DNA of 64,000 nucleotides. It comes from Patescibacteria group bacterium. Lineage in GTDB: Bacteria; Patescibacteriota; Patescibacteriia; Patescibacteriales; UBA12465. The DNA is taken from the NCBI GenBank assembly GCA_034002925.1, contig JAVEZP010000001.1:132024-196023 (forward strand), written 5' to 3'. Below, one piece after another: positions 10,056 through 17,996 of this stretch (positions are counted from its first letter, which is position 1; every line of letters begins with the position of its first letter). Made by a program: the position numbers and the translations under genes. The notes under the pieces are model-generated. The model did not search any database, was not told where the DNA came from, and was given only the letters and a program-made list of their open reading frames with translations.

Positions 10056-11093
10056 TTAGAAAAAATTTACAAATCTTCTTAAAACAAAAGCAAATATACG
10101 ATCAAAAAATTTCAGTTTTTTAAATCCTAAATCCATCTCCACAGCTTCTTGTTTCCAAGTCTTAAAAATATTAGCTAAGGTTTCCACTGCTTGTTTATGA
10201 GAAAAAAAGACTCCTATTTCTAAATTCATGCCAAATGATAATAAATCTAAATTTTGTGAACCAACTATTGCTTCTTTGTTATCAATAATCATGGCTTTAG
10301 CATGATTCATTTCTTTACCAAAATAAAACCTCACACCAACATCAGCTAAACGACAAGCATTAATATAATTAATTCGATTTAATACTTTTATGTCTGTGTC
10401 TTGGGGAATAATAATTGATACCGTCACCCCTCTTTTAACTGCATTATCTAGAGCGGCTAACAACCAACGTGGTGGCAAAAGATAAGGTGTTAAAATATCA
10501 ATAGTTTGCTGAGCATTAATAATTTTCTGCTGATAATAATGTTTAAAATTATAATCATTGTCAGCGCTGTTCCAAGAATCTAAAATCCAAGCCTTAATCT
10601 TTTTAACCACATTCATTTTAGCGTAAACTAAAACTGTTTCATCACGACCACCACAACGATGATAGGTTTTGGCAAAAGAACGTAACAGCGGCCTAACAAC
10701 TTTACCTTGAACTTTAACGTGCAAATCACGCCAATGACTAATTTTTTTATAAATATTCACTCCTCCTAAAAAGGCAATTTTTTCATCTATCAAAATGAGT
10801 TTTCGATGCGTTCTTTTGAGCCAACGAGAAAAAAAGATAAATTCTACACCAGCTGTCCTGAGCTCATTTACAATATTTGCTTTTAAATTAATACTGCCAT
10901 AAGCATCTACAATAACAATAACTTTTAAACCAGCTAATGCTTTTTCTTTTAACTTTCCTAAAAAGTTATGAGTTTGATTAGTGTCGTCTAAAAAAATATA
11001 CATCTCAATAAAAATAGACTGTTGAGCTTGATTAAGAGCGCTCCAAATTCCATCCCAGGCCTTGATTGAAGTTGTATAAAATTTATAGCGCAT
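10056..11093 (-). CDS. phospholipase D / cardiolipin-synthase-like protein (two HKD motifs)
   Basis: HRKLILIDEKIAFLGGVN and HAKAMIIDNKEAIVGSQN are duplicated HxK(x4)D motifs. Confidence 0.85.
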   Translation of the reverse strand: MRYKFYTTSIKAWDGIWSALNQAQQSIFIEMYIFLDDTNQTHNFLGKLKEKALAGLKVIVIVDAYGSINLKANIVNELRTAGVEFIFFSRWLKRTHRKLILIDEKIAFLGGVNIYKKISHWRDLHVKVQGKVVRPLLRSFAKTYHRCGGRDETVLVYAKMNVVKKIKAWILDSWNSADNDYNFKHYYQQKIINAQQTIDILTPYLLPPRWLLAALDNAVKRGVTVSIIIPQDTDIKVLNRINYINACRLADVGVRFYFGKEMNHAKAMIIDNKEAIVGSQNLDLLSFGMNLEIGVFFSHKQAVETLANIFKTWKQEAVEMDLGFKKLKFFDRIFAFVLRRFVNFF

Positions 11094-11111
11094 AATTTTA
11101 AAAACGAGCCT

Positions 11112-12155
11112 CTAGGTTTTAGCTTGAATTATCTGATAATAAATATCTTCATAAGAGTTAAGCATTTGCTCTAGAGAAAAATAATCTCTAACTCGCTTAG
11201 AACAATTAGGACGATATATATTTTGCACCTTAGTAATAGCTTGTACTACTTCTTTTACATTTTTAACCACATACCCAGTTTCATTATTAACAATTAATTC
11301 TGGAATAGAACCGTTGGGAAAAGCAATGACTGGGACATCTGAAGCCATAGCCTCTAAGATGCTATTACCACAAGCTTCAAATACACGATTAGGATGCAGT
11401 AAACAATAAGCCGAAGCTAATAATTTCTTTTTTTCTAAGCCTAAAACTTCCCCTTTATACTCAATCTGTTGGTTGTTAATAAAAGGATAAAAATTTTTTT
11501 GTAAAAACTTTTCATCTGTAGTAGATAATTTGCCAGCAATAATTAATTTTCTACCGCTTTGCAAAGCTGCTTTAATAGCAATATCAATTCCTTTTTGGGG
11601 GCTCACGCGCGCTAAATATAATAAATAATCACCTACTTTTTTATTTTGTTTAAAATCATTTACTTCTAGTCCATTATAAACCACTCCTCGCCAATTTAAA
11701 AAAGAGAATTTTTTCTTAATTGCTTGTGATATAGCGACAAAATTTAAATGTTTATATGCTTTTAATAAATCAAGCTCATGATCAAAAAATTCACCATAAC
11801 GAATAGAATGCAAAGAGGGGGTTTTCACTAAATCAGCAAATAAAACACTTTTTTGTTCAACTGCACAATGAATTAAATCAAATTGATGAGCGTTTTTAAA
11901 AGCAGCAGCAATATTAGCATATTCATGTACCTCAGAATAATCACCTTGATAATGTTTCTGTCTAATAGCAACTAATTTTTGAGCTTTGGTTTTAGAGTTG
12001 CCGGTAGCAAATAAAGTAACATGATGACCTCTTTCTACCAAAGCATTAACCAATAAACCAATAGAAGAACCCGTTCCTCCTCGAGAATTAGGGCTAGTTT
12101 CTTCCCATAATTTAGAGACAATAGCAATTTTCAATTTTTTACGCTTTACTTTCAT
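11112..12155 (-). CDS. glycosyltransferase, GT4-like (GT-B fold)
   Basis: N-terminal GGTGSSIGLLVNALVERGHHVTLF and a C-terminal EACGNSILEAMASDVPVIAF..GSIPE (E-x7-E region). Confidence 0.8.
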   Translation of the reverse strand: MKVKRKKLKIAIVSKLWEETSPNSRGGTGSSIGLLVNALVERGHHVTLFATGNSKTKAQKLVAIRQKHYQGDYSEVHEYANIAAAFKNAHQFDLIHCAVEQKSVLFADLVKTPSLHSIRYGEFFDHELDLLKAYKHLNFVAISQAIKKKFSFLNWRGVVYNGLEVNDFKQNKKVGDYLLYLARVSPQKGIDIAIKAALQSGRKLIIAGKLSTTDEKFLQKNFYPFINNQQIEYKGEVLGLEKKKLLASAYCLLHPNRVFEACGNSILEAMASDVPVIAFPNGSIPELIVNNETGYVVKNVKEVVQAITKVQNIYRPNCSKRVRDYFSLEQMLNSYEDIYYQIIQAKT

Positions 12156-12963
12156 GATATTTATGAATAATTTTTTTAATGTGACCTATATTTTTTTGAG
12201 TTTCTTGAGCTCCTGCGTTTACAGCTTCTAATGAATTTTCACGACTAAAAAGATATTTCATGCCAGCCGCAATTACTAAATCAGACGTATTAACATCAAT
12301 AGTAATATCTGCTAGTCGACATTTTTCTTTAGCTAAATGATACAGTAAAATTCTACTAGAACGAAATAAGGCTGAGGCAGCATTTAAATGAGTGCCATTA
12401 AACTCATCTTGATGATAAAGATTAACTGCAATAATAATATCCGCACCCATTTGCTTAAGCACGTTCACTGGCACCGGATTAGCTAAAGCTCCATCTGCTA
12501 GTTGATACTGCTTTTTAGTTACTGGCTCAAAAATAAAAGGAATTGAACAACTAGCTTGAATAGCTGACAGAATAGAGCCTTTATTAAAATGATATTCTTG
12601 ACCACTATTTAAATCCGTACTGACAATGTTTAAAGGAATAATTGTCTCTTTAAATTCCTTGTCTTCAATAATATCATTTAAAGAATTGGCAATTTTATTT
12701 TGATTAAGCAGACCTCCCCGAAAACGCAAATCTAAAAATTTCCAAAAATTCATTTGACTAACATCAATCATTTTAGCAGCTAAATCATCTACTTGACCAT
12801 AAAGAGCAAAATACGCTGCCACCAAAGAACCAATAGATGAGCCACTAATTAAATCAATTTTAATCCCAGCTTTTTGCAGTTCTTGCAAAACCCCAATATG
12901 AGCAAAGCCTCGAGAACCGCCACTCCCTAAAGCTAAACCAATTTTTATCTTATTTTTAGACAT
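12139..12963 (-). CDS. patatin-like phospholipase
   Basis: Oxyanion GSGGSRG, nucleophile elbow GSSIGS (GxSxG), and catalytic DGA (ADGALANP). Its 3' end overlaps the downstream GT4 gene by 17 nt. Confidence 0.85.
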   Translation of the reverse strand: MSKNKIKIGLALGSGGSRGFAHIGVLQELQKAGIKIDLISGSSIGSLVAAYFALYGQVDDLAAKMIDVSQMNFWKFLDLRFRGGLLNQNKIANSLNDIIEDKEFKETIIPLNIVSTDLNSGQEYHFNKGSILSAIQASCSIPFIFEPVTKKQYQLADGALANPVPVNVLKQMGADIIIAVNLYHQDEFNGTHLNAASALFRSSRILLYHLAKEKCRLADITIDVNTSDLVIAAGMKYLFSRENSLEAVNAGAQETQKNIGHIKKIIHKYHESKA

Positions 12964-13035
12964 ATTTATTATATTGCCTCTCTATTTTATCTCTTTTTAT
13001 GCTTTCAAGCAAACTATAAAATATTATCTATTACA

Positions 13036-13062
13036 AAAAGACGTGTTATAAACACGTCTTTT
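13036..13062. terminator. terminator-like hairpin in a divergent intergenic region
   Basis: AAAAGACGTGTT-ATA-AACACGTCTTTT: 12-bp arms flanked by A and T runs. No annotated gene ends here. Confidence 0.4.
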
Positions 13063-13286
13063 ATTGCTGTAATCTTTACAAACGAGATTGACTGAAATTT
13101 TAAAAATATTATTTGATAAATTGAAAACTAAATAAAAATTTTAAAACAAGAGATTATAAAAAATTTTTGACTATTTTTAATTGACAAAGATGATTATGAG
13201 GGTATAATTATTTTTATAATAAAACTTATCAGATTACGCTAATTAGAAATAAAATTTAACAAAGTCAATACTTAAAGTTTAAATAT

Positions 13287-14090
13287 ATGGATTTACAAAT
13301 ATTAGGTTCTGGCGGAACAATGACTGTGCCTCGTCCTTTATGCAGTTGCGCTGTCTGTTCAAAAGCTAGAAGAAAAGGGGGTAAATATAAACGCAATAAT
13401 GCTTCATTTTTTATTAAAGATAAGAATATTTTGATTGATTGCGGAGAAGATATTGCTGATTCTTTAAATAGACATAATATTAGCAAAGTGGATAATTTAT
13501 TTATCACCCATTGGCACCCTGATCACACATTTGGTTTGCGTGTTTTGCTTGAATCGGGATATAATTTTCGCACCCCTGGGGCAGACAAGATAATTGAAGT
13601 CTATATTCCTAAGAAAGTTTTTGAAGATTTAAAAGCTAAATTTCCAGTAATAGACTACCTACTTAATTTTCAAAAAACAGGAAATTTACACTTAATAGAG
13701 GATGGCGATGAAATAGAGTTTGGTAATTTAGTTATTGAAGCAGTGGGTTATAATGGCGTAGGTTCCGATCACTACGCATATCTTATTAAAGAAAATAATA
13801 AGCGTGTTTTATATGCACCTTGTGACACAATTGATTTTAACACTTATGAAAAAGTATTAAATTTAGATTTATTAATTCATGAATGTGGTATGTTTTTTGA
13901 TCATAAAACTGAAATTAAATTCCCAAATTTAATTAACAGACTACGCACCAATAAACCGGCAAAAACAATTTTTACTCATATTGAAGAGGTTGAACTAAGA
14001 CTCTATGGTGAAAGTTTTAAAAAAGCAAAAAAAGATTATTCTGATGTAAAATTTGATTTTGCCTTTGACGGCATGAAAATTAAAATTTAA
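13287..14090 (+). CDS. MBL-fold metallo-hydrolase
   Basis: HWHPDH (HxHxDH) motif. A TTGACA-N16-TATAAT promoter lies about 100 nt upstream (13181-13208). Confidence 0.8.
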   Translation: MDLQILGSGGTMTVPRPLCSCAVCSKARRKGGKYKRNNASFFIKDKNILIDCGEDIADSLNRHNISKVDNLFITHWHPDHTFGLRVLLESGYNFRTPGADKIIEVYIPKKVFEDLKAKFPVIDYLLNFQKTGNLHLIEDGDEIEFGNLVIEAVGYNGVGSDHYAYLIKENNKRVLYAPCDTIDFNTYEKVLNLDLLIHECGMFFDHKTEIKFPNLINRLRTNKPAKTIFTHIEEVELRLYGESFKKAKKDYSDVKFDFAFDGMKIKI

Positions 14091-14113
14091 ATCTAATCTA
14101 TAATCTATAAATG

Positions 14114-14146
14114 AAAAAGGAGAATCACTAAGGATCCTCCTTTTTT
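14114..14146. terminator. bidirectional intrinsic terminator
   Basis: AAAAAGGAG ... CTCCTTTTTT hairpin between convergent genes. Confidence 0.7.
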
Positions 14147-14178
14147 AAAAAATTTAAGTAAAACGAGTTTAAATTTAC

Positions 14179-16182
14179 TTAAGGAATTAATTTTTCAAAT
14201 GTCCTAGGAAATGGCACACAGTTATCTATTACTGCAATGTCTAAGAATTTGGCAATTAAACGGTCTAAACCAAGACCAAATCCACCATGCCCCACAGAAT
14301 TGTCAACAATAGAGAGATAAAACGCGTAATCAGCAACATTAATGTTTGCGAGCTTCATTGAATACTCTATTTTTTTACGGTTATTTTCTCTTATTGCGCC
14401 ACTTACCAATTCCCAACCACACAGTATGATATCAAAAGTTTCTGTCAAAAAAGAAGTTCCTTGTTTGGTATAAAACTTTTTGATATTAGAGGGATAATGA
14501 CTAATAACAAAGATATCGCTATCTTTTTTCTTTTTGATAACTTCACCAAGCTTAGCCTCACCGATAACCCCCAAATCAGATCCATATGAGCAGGAAAACC
14601 CATTAGAGTTTAATAAGTCAACCGCCTCCTTGTAAGAAATAATTGGTGGTTTGTTTTTTGGCAAATTAAGCTCAGCTAACGGCAGGGACATTTCTTTCAT
14701 TTGATAATAGCTATCGCAAATAATTGAATAGGCTAAATCGATAATCGTATTCAAATTTTTGGGATTTGATATTTCAACATCTAAGCCAATAGTTTCTTGC
14801 AGATGACGAAAACTATTTTCAGTTTCTGCTCGCCAAAAAGGTCCTATCTCAAATATTTTATCCATTCCTGAAGCAATAACCATTTGTTTATACAGCTGAT
14901 TAGACTGTCTCAAAAAAGCTCTTTCGCCTCTAGGCCAGATTACTTCAATCATGCCACCCTTATCTACTCGTGGCGGATCAGTTGACACACCAACTATGTA
15001 GGGAGTGTTAATTTCGTAGAATCCTTTTTCTAGAAGATTATTTCTTATTGAGTTAAAAACAAAACTTCTTTGTTTAATTATATCAAGCATGTCTGCAGAT
15101 AATCTTGATGAAGCACAAGTTGTTTGGATGTCAGTACTTATTTTTCCCAAAGATATTTTCATTTTATTTAAGAAAGTAATGATATTTTTATTTAATATCT
15201 GGCGCACCTGATTAACAGCACCTGCTCTCTCGTTTCGCGTTTTATGAGCTTCTTTGGAAAAAAATTGTACATCAAAAACTGTCCAAGCTAATTTTTTCTT
15301 CATCGCAGGAGTAGCTAAATCAAAAACGAAGGGCGTTGTCTTGCCAAAATAGTTTTCTAATTTAGCAAAAAGATCCGAGGTTTCACTATTATTATCAAGT
15401 GCCCAAAATATAGCTTGAATATTTTTCAAAACACTCCAATCATTAATTCTAACTATATTGATTTTCGTATTTTTTCTCATAATTTCATCCAATTTCTCTT
15501 GATTGCGATTAGTTACCCAAACCTTGTAATTATATTCTTCTGTTAATATTTTAGCAATAAGAGACCCTGATTGTCCGGCTCCAACAACAAGTATGTTAGA
15601 ATTAGTAGCAACCATTCCAACTAATTGATTAACAGCAATCCTTTCAATAGATGTATTACCTGAGAAGAGGATGGTTTTTTCTTTGACTTCTTCAATTAAC
15701 TCTTGAAGCCACCCAGAAAGAATGGAAAAAAGGGGTTCATTTTTGCTTAATCTAACTTCGGCTTTAATCGCGTTGTTAATTTGAGAAAAAACTTGTGAAT
15801 CTCCAACAGTTACACTGTACAATCCTAAGGCAGCTTCAGCAATAAATCTAATTGCCATTTCATTGTGGAAAAATTTTATTTTGTTAATAAATTCAATAAT
15901 TCCATGATTTGACAACTTGTGCCAAGCGTCTAAAACGCAATGATGCAGATATTCTTCAGAAACATTTTCTGTGTGAGTAAAAATTATCATTACGGCATTA
16001 CATTTTTGGATGATTGTTAATTGCTTTACATTAATCGCAAGTTTACGTTTAAATTTTTCAACCAAATTAATTTGGTTGGGAAAACTAGATGTTTTGAGCA
16101 TTCCTAATGCTTCTTCGTCTAATTTTGTAAAATTAAGCGCAGCACAAATAATTTCAACCGGAAAAGATGTTTTTTGTATCAT
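14179..16182 (-). CDS. fusion protein: N-terminal glutamyl-tRNA reductase (HemA)-like module plus C-terminal class IIb aaRS (Asp/Asn-type) catalytic core without anticodon-binding domain
   Basis: Single 667-aa ORF with SD AGGAGG 7 nt upstream of the ATG. N-terminal half: QKCNAVMI, ALGLYSVTVGDSQVFSQINNAI, ILVVGAGQSGSLIAKIL, VTNRNQEKL, FDLATP, in the same order as E. coli HemA [61 protein letters not shown]. C-terminal half: FYEINTPYIV (motif 1), QSNQLYKQ, FWRAETENSFRHLQE (motif 2), GHGGFGLGLDRL (motif 3). Confidence 0.75.
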   Translation of the reverse strand: MIQKTSFPVEIICAALNFTKLDEEALGMLKTSSFPNQINLVEKFKRKLAINVKQLTIIQKCNAVMIIFTHTENVSEEYLHHCVLDAWHKLSNHGIIEFINKIKFFHNEMAIRFIAEAALGLYSVTVGDSQVFSQINNAIKAEVRLSKNEPLFSILSGWLQELIEEVKEKTILFSGNTSIERIAVNQLVGMVATNSNILVVGAGQSGSLIAKILTEEYNYKVWVTNRNQEKLDEIMRKNTKINIVRINDWSVLKNIQAIFWALDNNSETSDLFAKLENYFGKTTPFVFDLATPAMKKKLAWTVFDVQFFSKEAHKTRNERAGAVNQVRQILNKNIITFLNKMKISLGKISTDIQTTCASSRLSADMLDIIKQRSFVFNSIRNNLLEKGFYEINTPYIVGVSTDPPRVDKGGMIEVIWPRGERAFLRQSNQLYKQMVIASGMDKIFEIGPFWRAETENSFRHLQETIGLDVEISNPKNLNTIIDLAYSIICDSYYQMKEMSLPLAELNLPKNKPPIISYKEAVDLLNSNGFSCSYGSDLGVIGEAKLGEVIKKKKDSDIFVISHYPSNIKKFYTKQGTSFLTETFDIILCGWELVSGAIRENNRKKIEYSMKLANINVADYAFYLSIVDNSVGHGGFGLGLDRLIAKFLDIAVIDNCVPFPRTFEKLIP

Positions 16183-16377
16183 GATGTGTCCTCCTATAGT
16201 TTGATTATGGATTATTTTAATTTTTAAATAACTATTTGTTAATTATCTTAACACTTATATTTAACATAATTAATAAAAACATACAATACTAACATATTTT
16301 TACTAGCGTGACGTCTCCCGGCTCTATTTATTATTAAACATTCTATCCACCTCTATACTTTCATGCATCTCAAATAC

Positions 16378-16410
16378 AAAAAGAGCATACTTATAGCATA
16401 CTCTTTTTAT
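16378..16410 (-). terminator. intrinsic terminator after tRNA-Glu
   Basis: The minus strand reads AAAAAGAGTATGC-TATAA-GTATGCTCTTTTT, an imperfect 9-bp stem plus U-run. Confidence 0.6.
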
Positions 16411-16414
16411 TTTG

Positions 16415-16486
16415 TAGTCCCTAGGGGAATCGAACCCCTGTTACCAGGATGAAAACCTGATGTCCTAACCACTAGACGAAGGGACC
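16415..16486 (-). tRNA. tRNA-Glu(UUC)
   Basis: Manual cloverleaf: GGTCCCT acceptor, anticodon loop TTTTCAT, T-arm AGGGG-TTCGATT-CCCCT. CCA is not encoded. Confidence 0.9.
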
Positions 16487-16612
16487 TTGATAACAAAAAA
16501 ACAAGAAATTAATTAATCATAATTTCATCAACATTGTATAAATATTTTTTTTCTTTGTCAACTTTTTTGTTTAATATTGCCTTTATTAAAAAAACCCTTA
16601 CAATAATAGTAT

Positions 16613-17650
16613 ATGTATATCCTTGGATTAGAAAGTAGCTGTGATGAGAGTGCGGCAGCTGTTTTAGAGATTAAACAGCATAAATTAAAAATTCTCAGCA
16701 ACATCATCGCTTCTCAAATTAATATTCACGCTCGTTATGGAGGCGTAATTCCAGAAATCGCTGCCCGCGAACATGTTTTGAATATTCTACCTAGCATTGA
16801 ACAGGCTCTTCAAGAAGCTAATCTTAGTCCCCAAAAACTACATGCCATCGCCGTTACTCAAGGACCTGGCTTGGTTAGCTCTTTATTAGCGGCGATTGAA
16901 AGCTCAAAAGCCTTATCAGCTGTCTGGCAAATTCCAATTATCCCTGTTAATCACATTATTGGGCATATTTATGCTGCTTTTATTGATCTTAAGCAAAGCC
17001 CTAAATTCCCTATTATTTCATTAATTGTTTCTGGTGGGCATACCAATTTAATTTTAATGAAAGAACATTATAATTTTAAGATTATTGGCGAAACCAGAGA
17101 TGATGCTGCTGGAGAAGCTTATGATAAAACTGCAAAAATGCTAGGCTTGTCCTATCCTGGTGGTCCTATTATTGCTCAATATGCCCAAAAATTTAGAGAC
17201 AGTCATAAAAAATATGATATTGAACTACCGAGACCAATGATTCACTCTAAAGATTTTGATTTTTCTTTTTCTGGACTAAAAACTGCTTTATTGTATAAAT
17301 TACAAAAAGATAAAAACTGGAAAAAAAGAATTCCTGAGTATTGTTTTGCAGTTGAAAGCGCTATTATTGAAACTTTAACGCATAAAAGCTTAAAAGCAAT
17401 AGCAAAATACCAACCTAAAAGCTTTGTTTTAGCCGGCGGAGTAGCAGCTAATAAGACTCTTAGGACAACCCTTAGCACAGAAATAAGTACAAAATTTCCT
17501 AAAACTAAGTTGTTTTTACCCAATTTGGCTTATACCACTGACAATGCCGCCATGATTGCTTCAGCTGCTTATTTTAAGTATTATAAGCAAAAAGATAAAT
17601 CTTTTCTTCCTTATCATAAATTAAAAGCTGATCCTAATCTTAGTATTTAA
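16613..17650 (+). CDS. tsaD: tRNA N6-adenosine threonylcarbamoyltransferase
   Basis: Kae1/TsaD signature: MYILGLESSCDESAAAV, VNHIIGHI, GGVAAN. Confidence 0.9.
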   Translation: MYILGLESSCDESAAAVLEIKQHKLKILSNIIASQINIHARYGGVIPEIAAREHVLNILPSIEQALQEANLSPQKLHAIAVTQGPGLVSSLLAAIESSKALSAVWQIPIIPVNHIIGHIYAAFIDLKQSPKFPIISLIVSGGHTNLILMKEHYNFKIIGETRDDAAGEAYDKTAKMLGLSYPGGPIIAQYAQKFRDSHKKYDIELPRPMIHSKDFDFSFSGLKTALLYKLQKDKNWKKRIPEYCFAVESAIIETLTHKSLKAIAKYQPKSFVLAGGVAANKTLRTTLSTEISTKFPKTKLFLPNLAYTTDNAAMIASAAYFKYYKQKDKSFLPYHKLKADPNLSI

Positions 17651-17696
17651 AAATATTTGCTTTTTTTAACATTTTCTTATAGAATATTGACATTAA

Positions 17697-17770
17697 GGCT
17701 CGATGGTGAAGTGGTCTAACACTGCAGTTTGCAAAACTGTCATTCGTGGGTTCGAATCCCACTCGAGCCT
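17697..17770 (+). tRNA. tRNA-Cys(GCA)
   Basis: Manual cloverleaf: GGCTCGA acceptor, anticodon loop TTGCAAA, T-arm GTGGG-TTCGAAT-CCCAC. Confidence 0.9.
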
Positions 17771-17779
17771 CATATTTAG

Positions 17780-17808
17780 ACCTGTTTTTTAAAAAATACA
17801 GGTTTTTT
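17780..17808 (+). terminator. intrinsic terminator after tRNA-Cys
   Basis: ACCTGT ... ACAGGT stem followed by TTTTTT. Confidence 0.7.
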
Positions 17809-17961
17809 ATTTACATAGAAAGCTGTGGATAAGTTGTGCTTTCTGTGTAAAAAATTTAAATTTGAGTCCAGAAAAACCTAGACTTAAAACTAAAAATGGC
17901 TTTATTTTTAAACTAATATTAAACAAAATATTTAATATTAGTCATAAAAAACTCTTAGGTC

Positions 17962-17990
17962 TTGCCTTATCCACAAATCTATGCTATAAT
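17962..17990 (+). promoter_or_regulatory. sigma70-type promoter TTGCCT-N17-TATAAT
   Basis: -35 at 17962-17967, -10 at 17985-17990. The spacer contains a perfect DnaA-box 9-mer, TTATCCACA (17967-17975). Confidence 0.6.
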
Positions 17991-17996
17991 ACTAAT

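Noticed and set aside
13265-13507. 80-aa minus-strand ORF
   Set aside because: It is antisense to the well-supported MBL-fold hydrolase gene and overlaps that gene's start region.
16183-16414. T-box or other tRNA-sensing leader between tRNA-Glu and the GluTR-aaRS fusion gene
   Set aside because: Only a weak GGTGGA match to the T-box sequence, with no specifier-loop or antiterminator architecture. The hairpin at 16378-16410 is better explained as the tRNA-Glu terminator.
17824-17975. Treating the two perfect DnaA boxes at 17.8-18.0 kb as the replication origin
   Set aside because: There are only two boxes, no adjacent AT-rich unwinding element beyond the background composition, and they lie about 42 kb from dnaA. 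The dnaA-dnaN spacer is the more conventional candidate. The boxes are kept as a low-interest regulatory observation.
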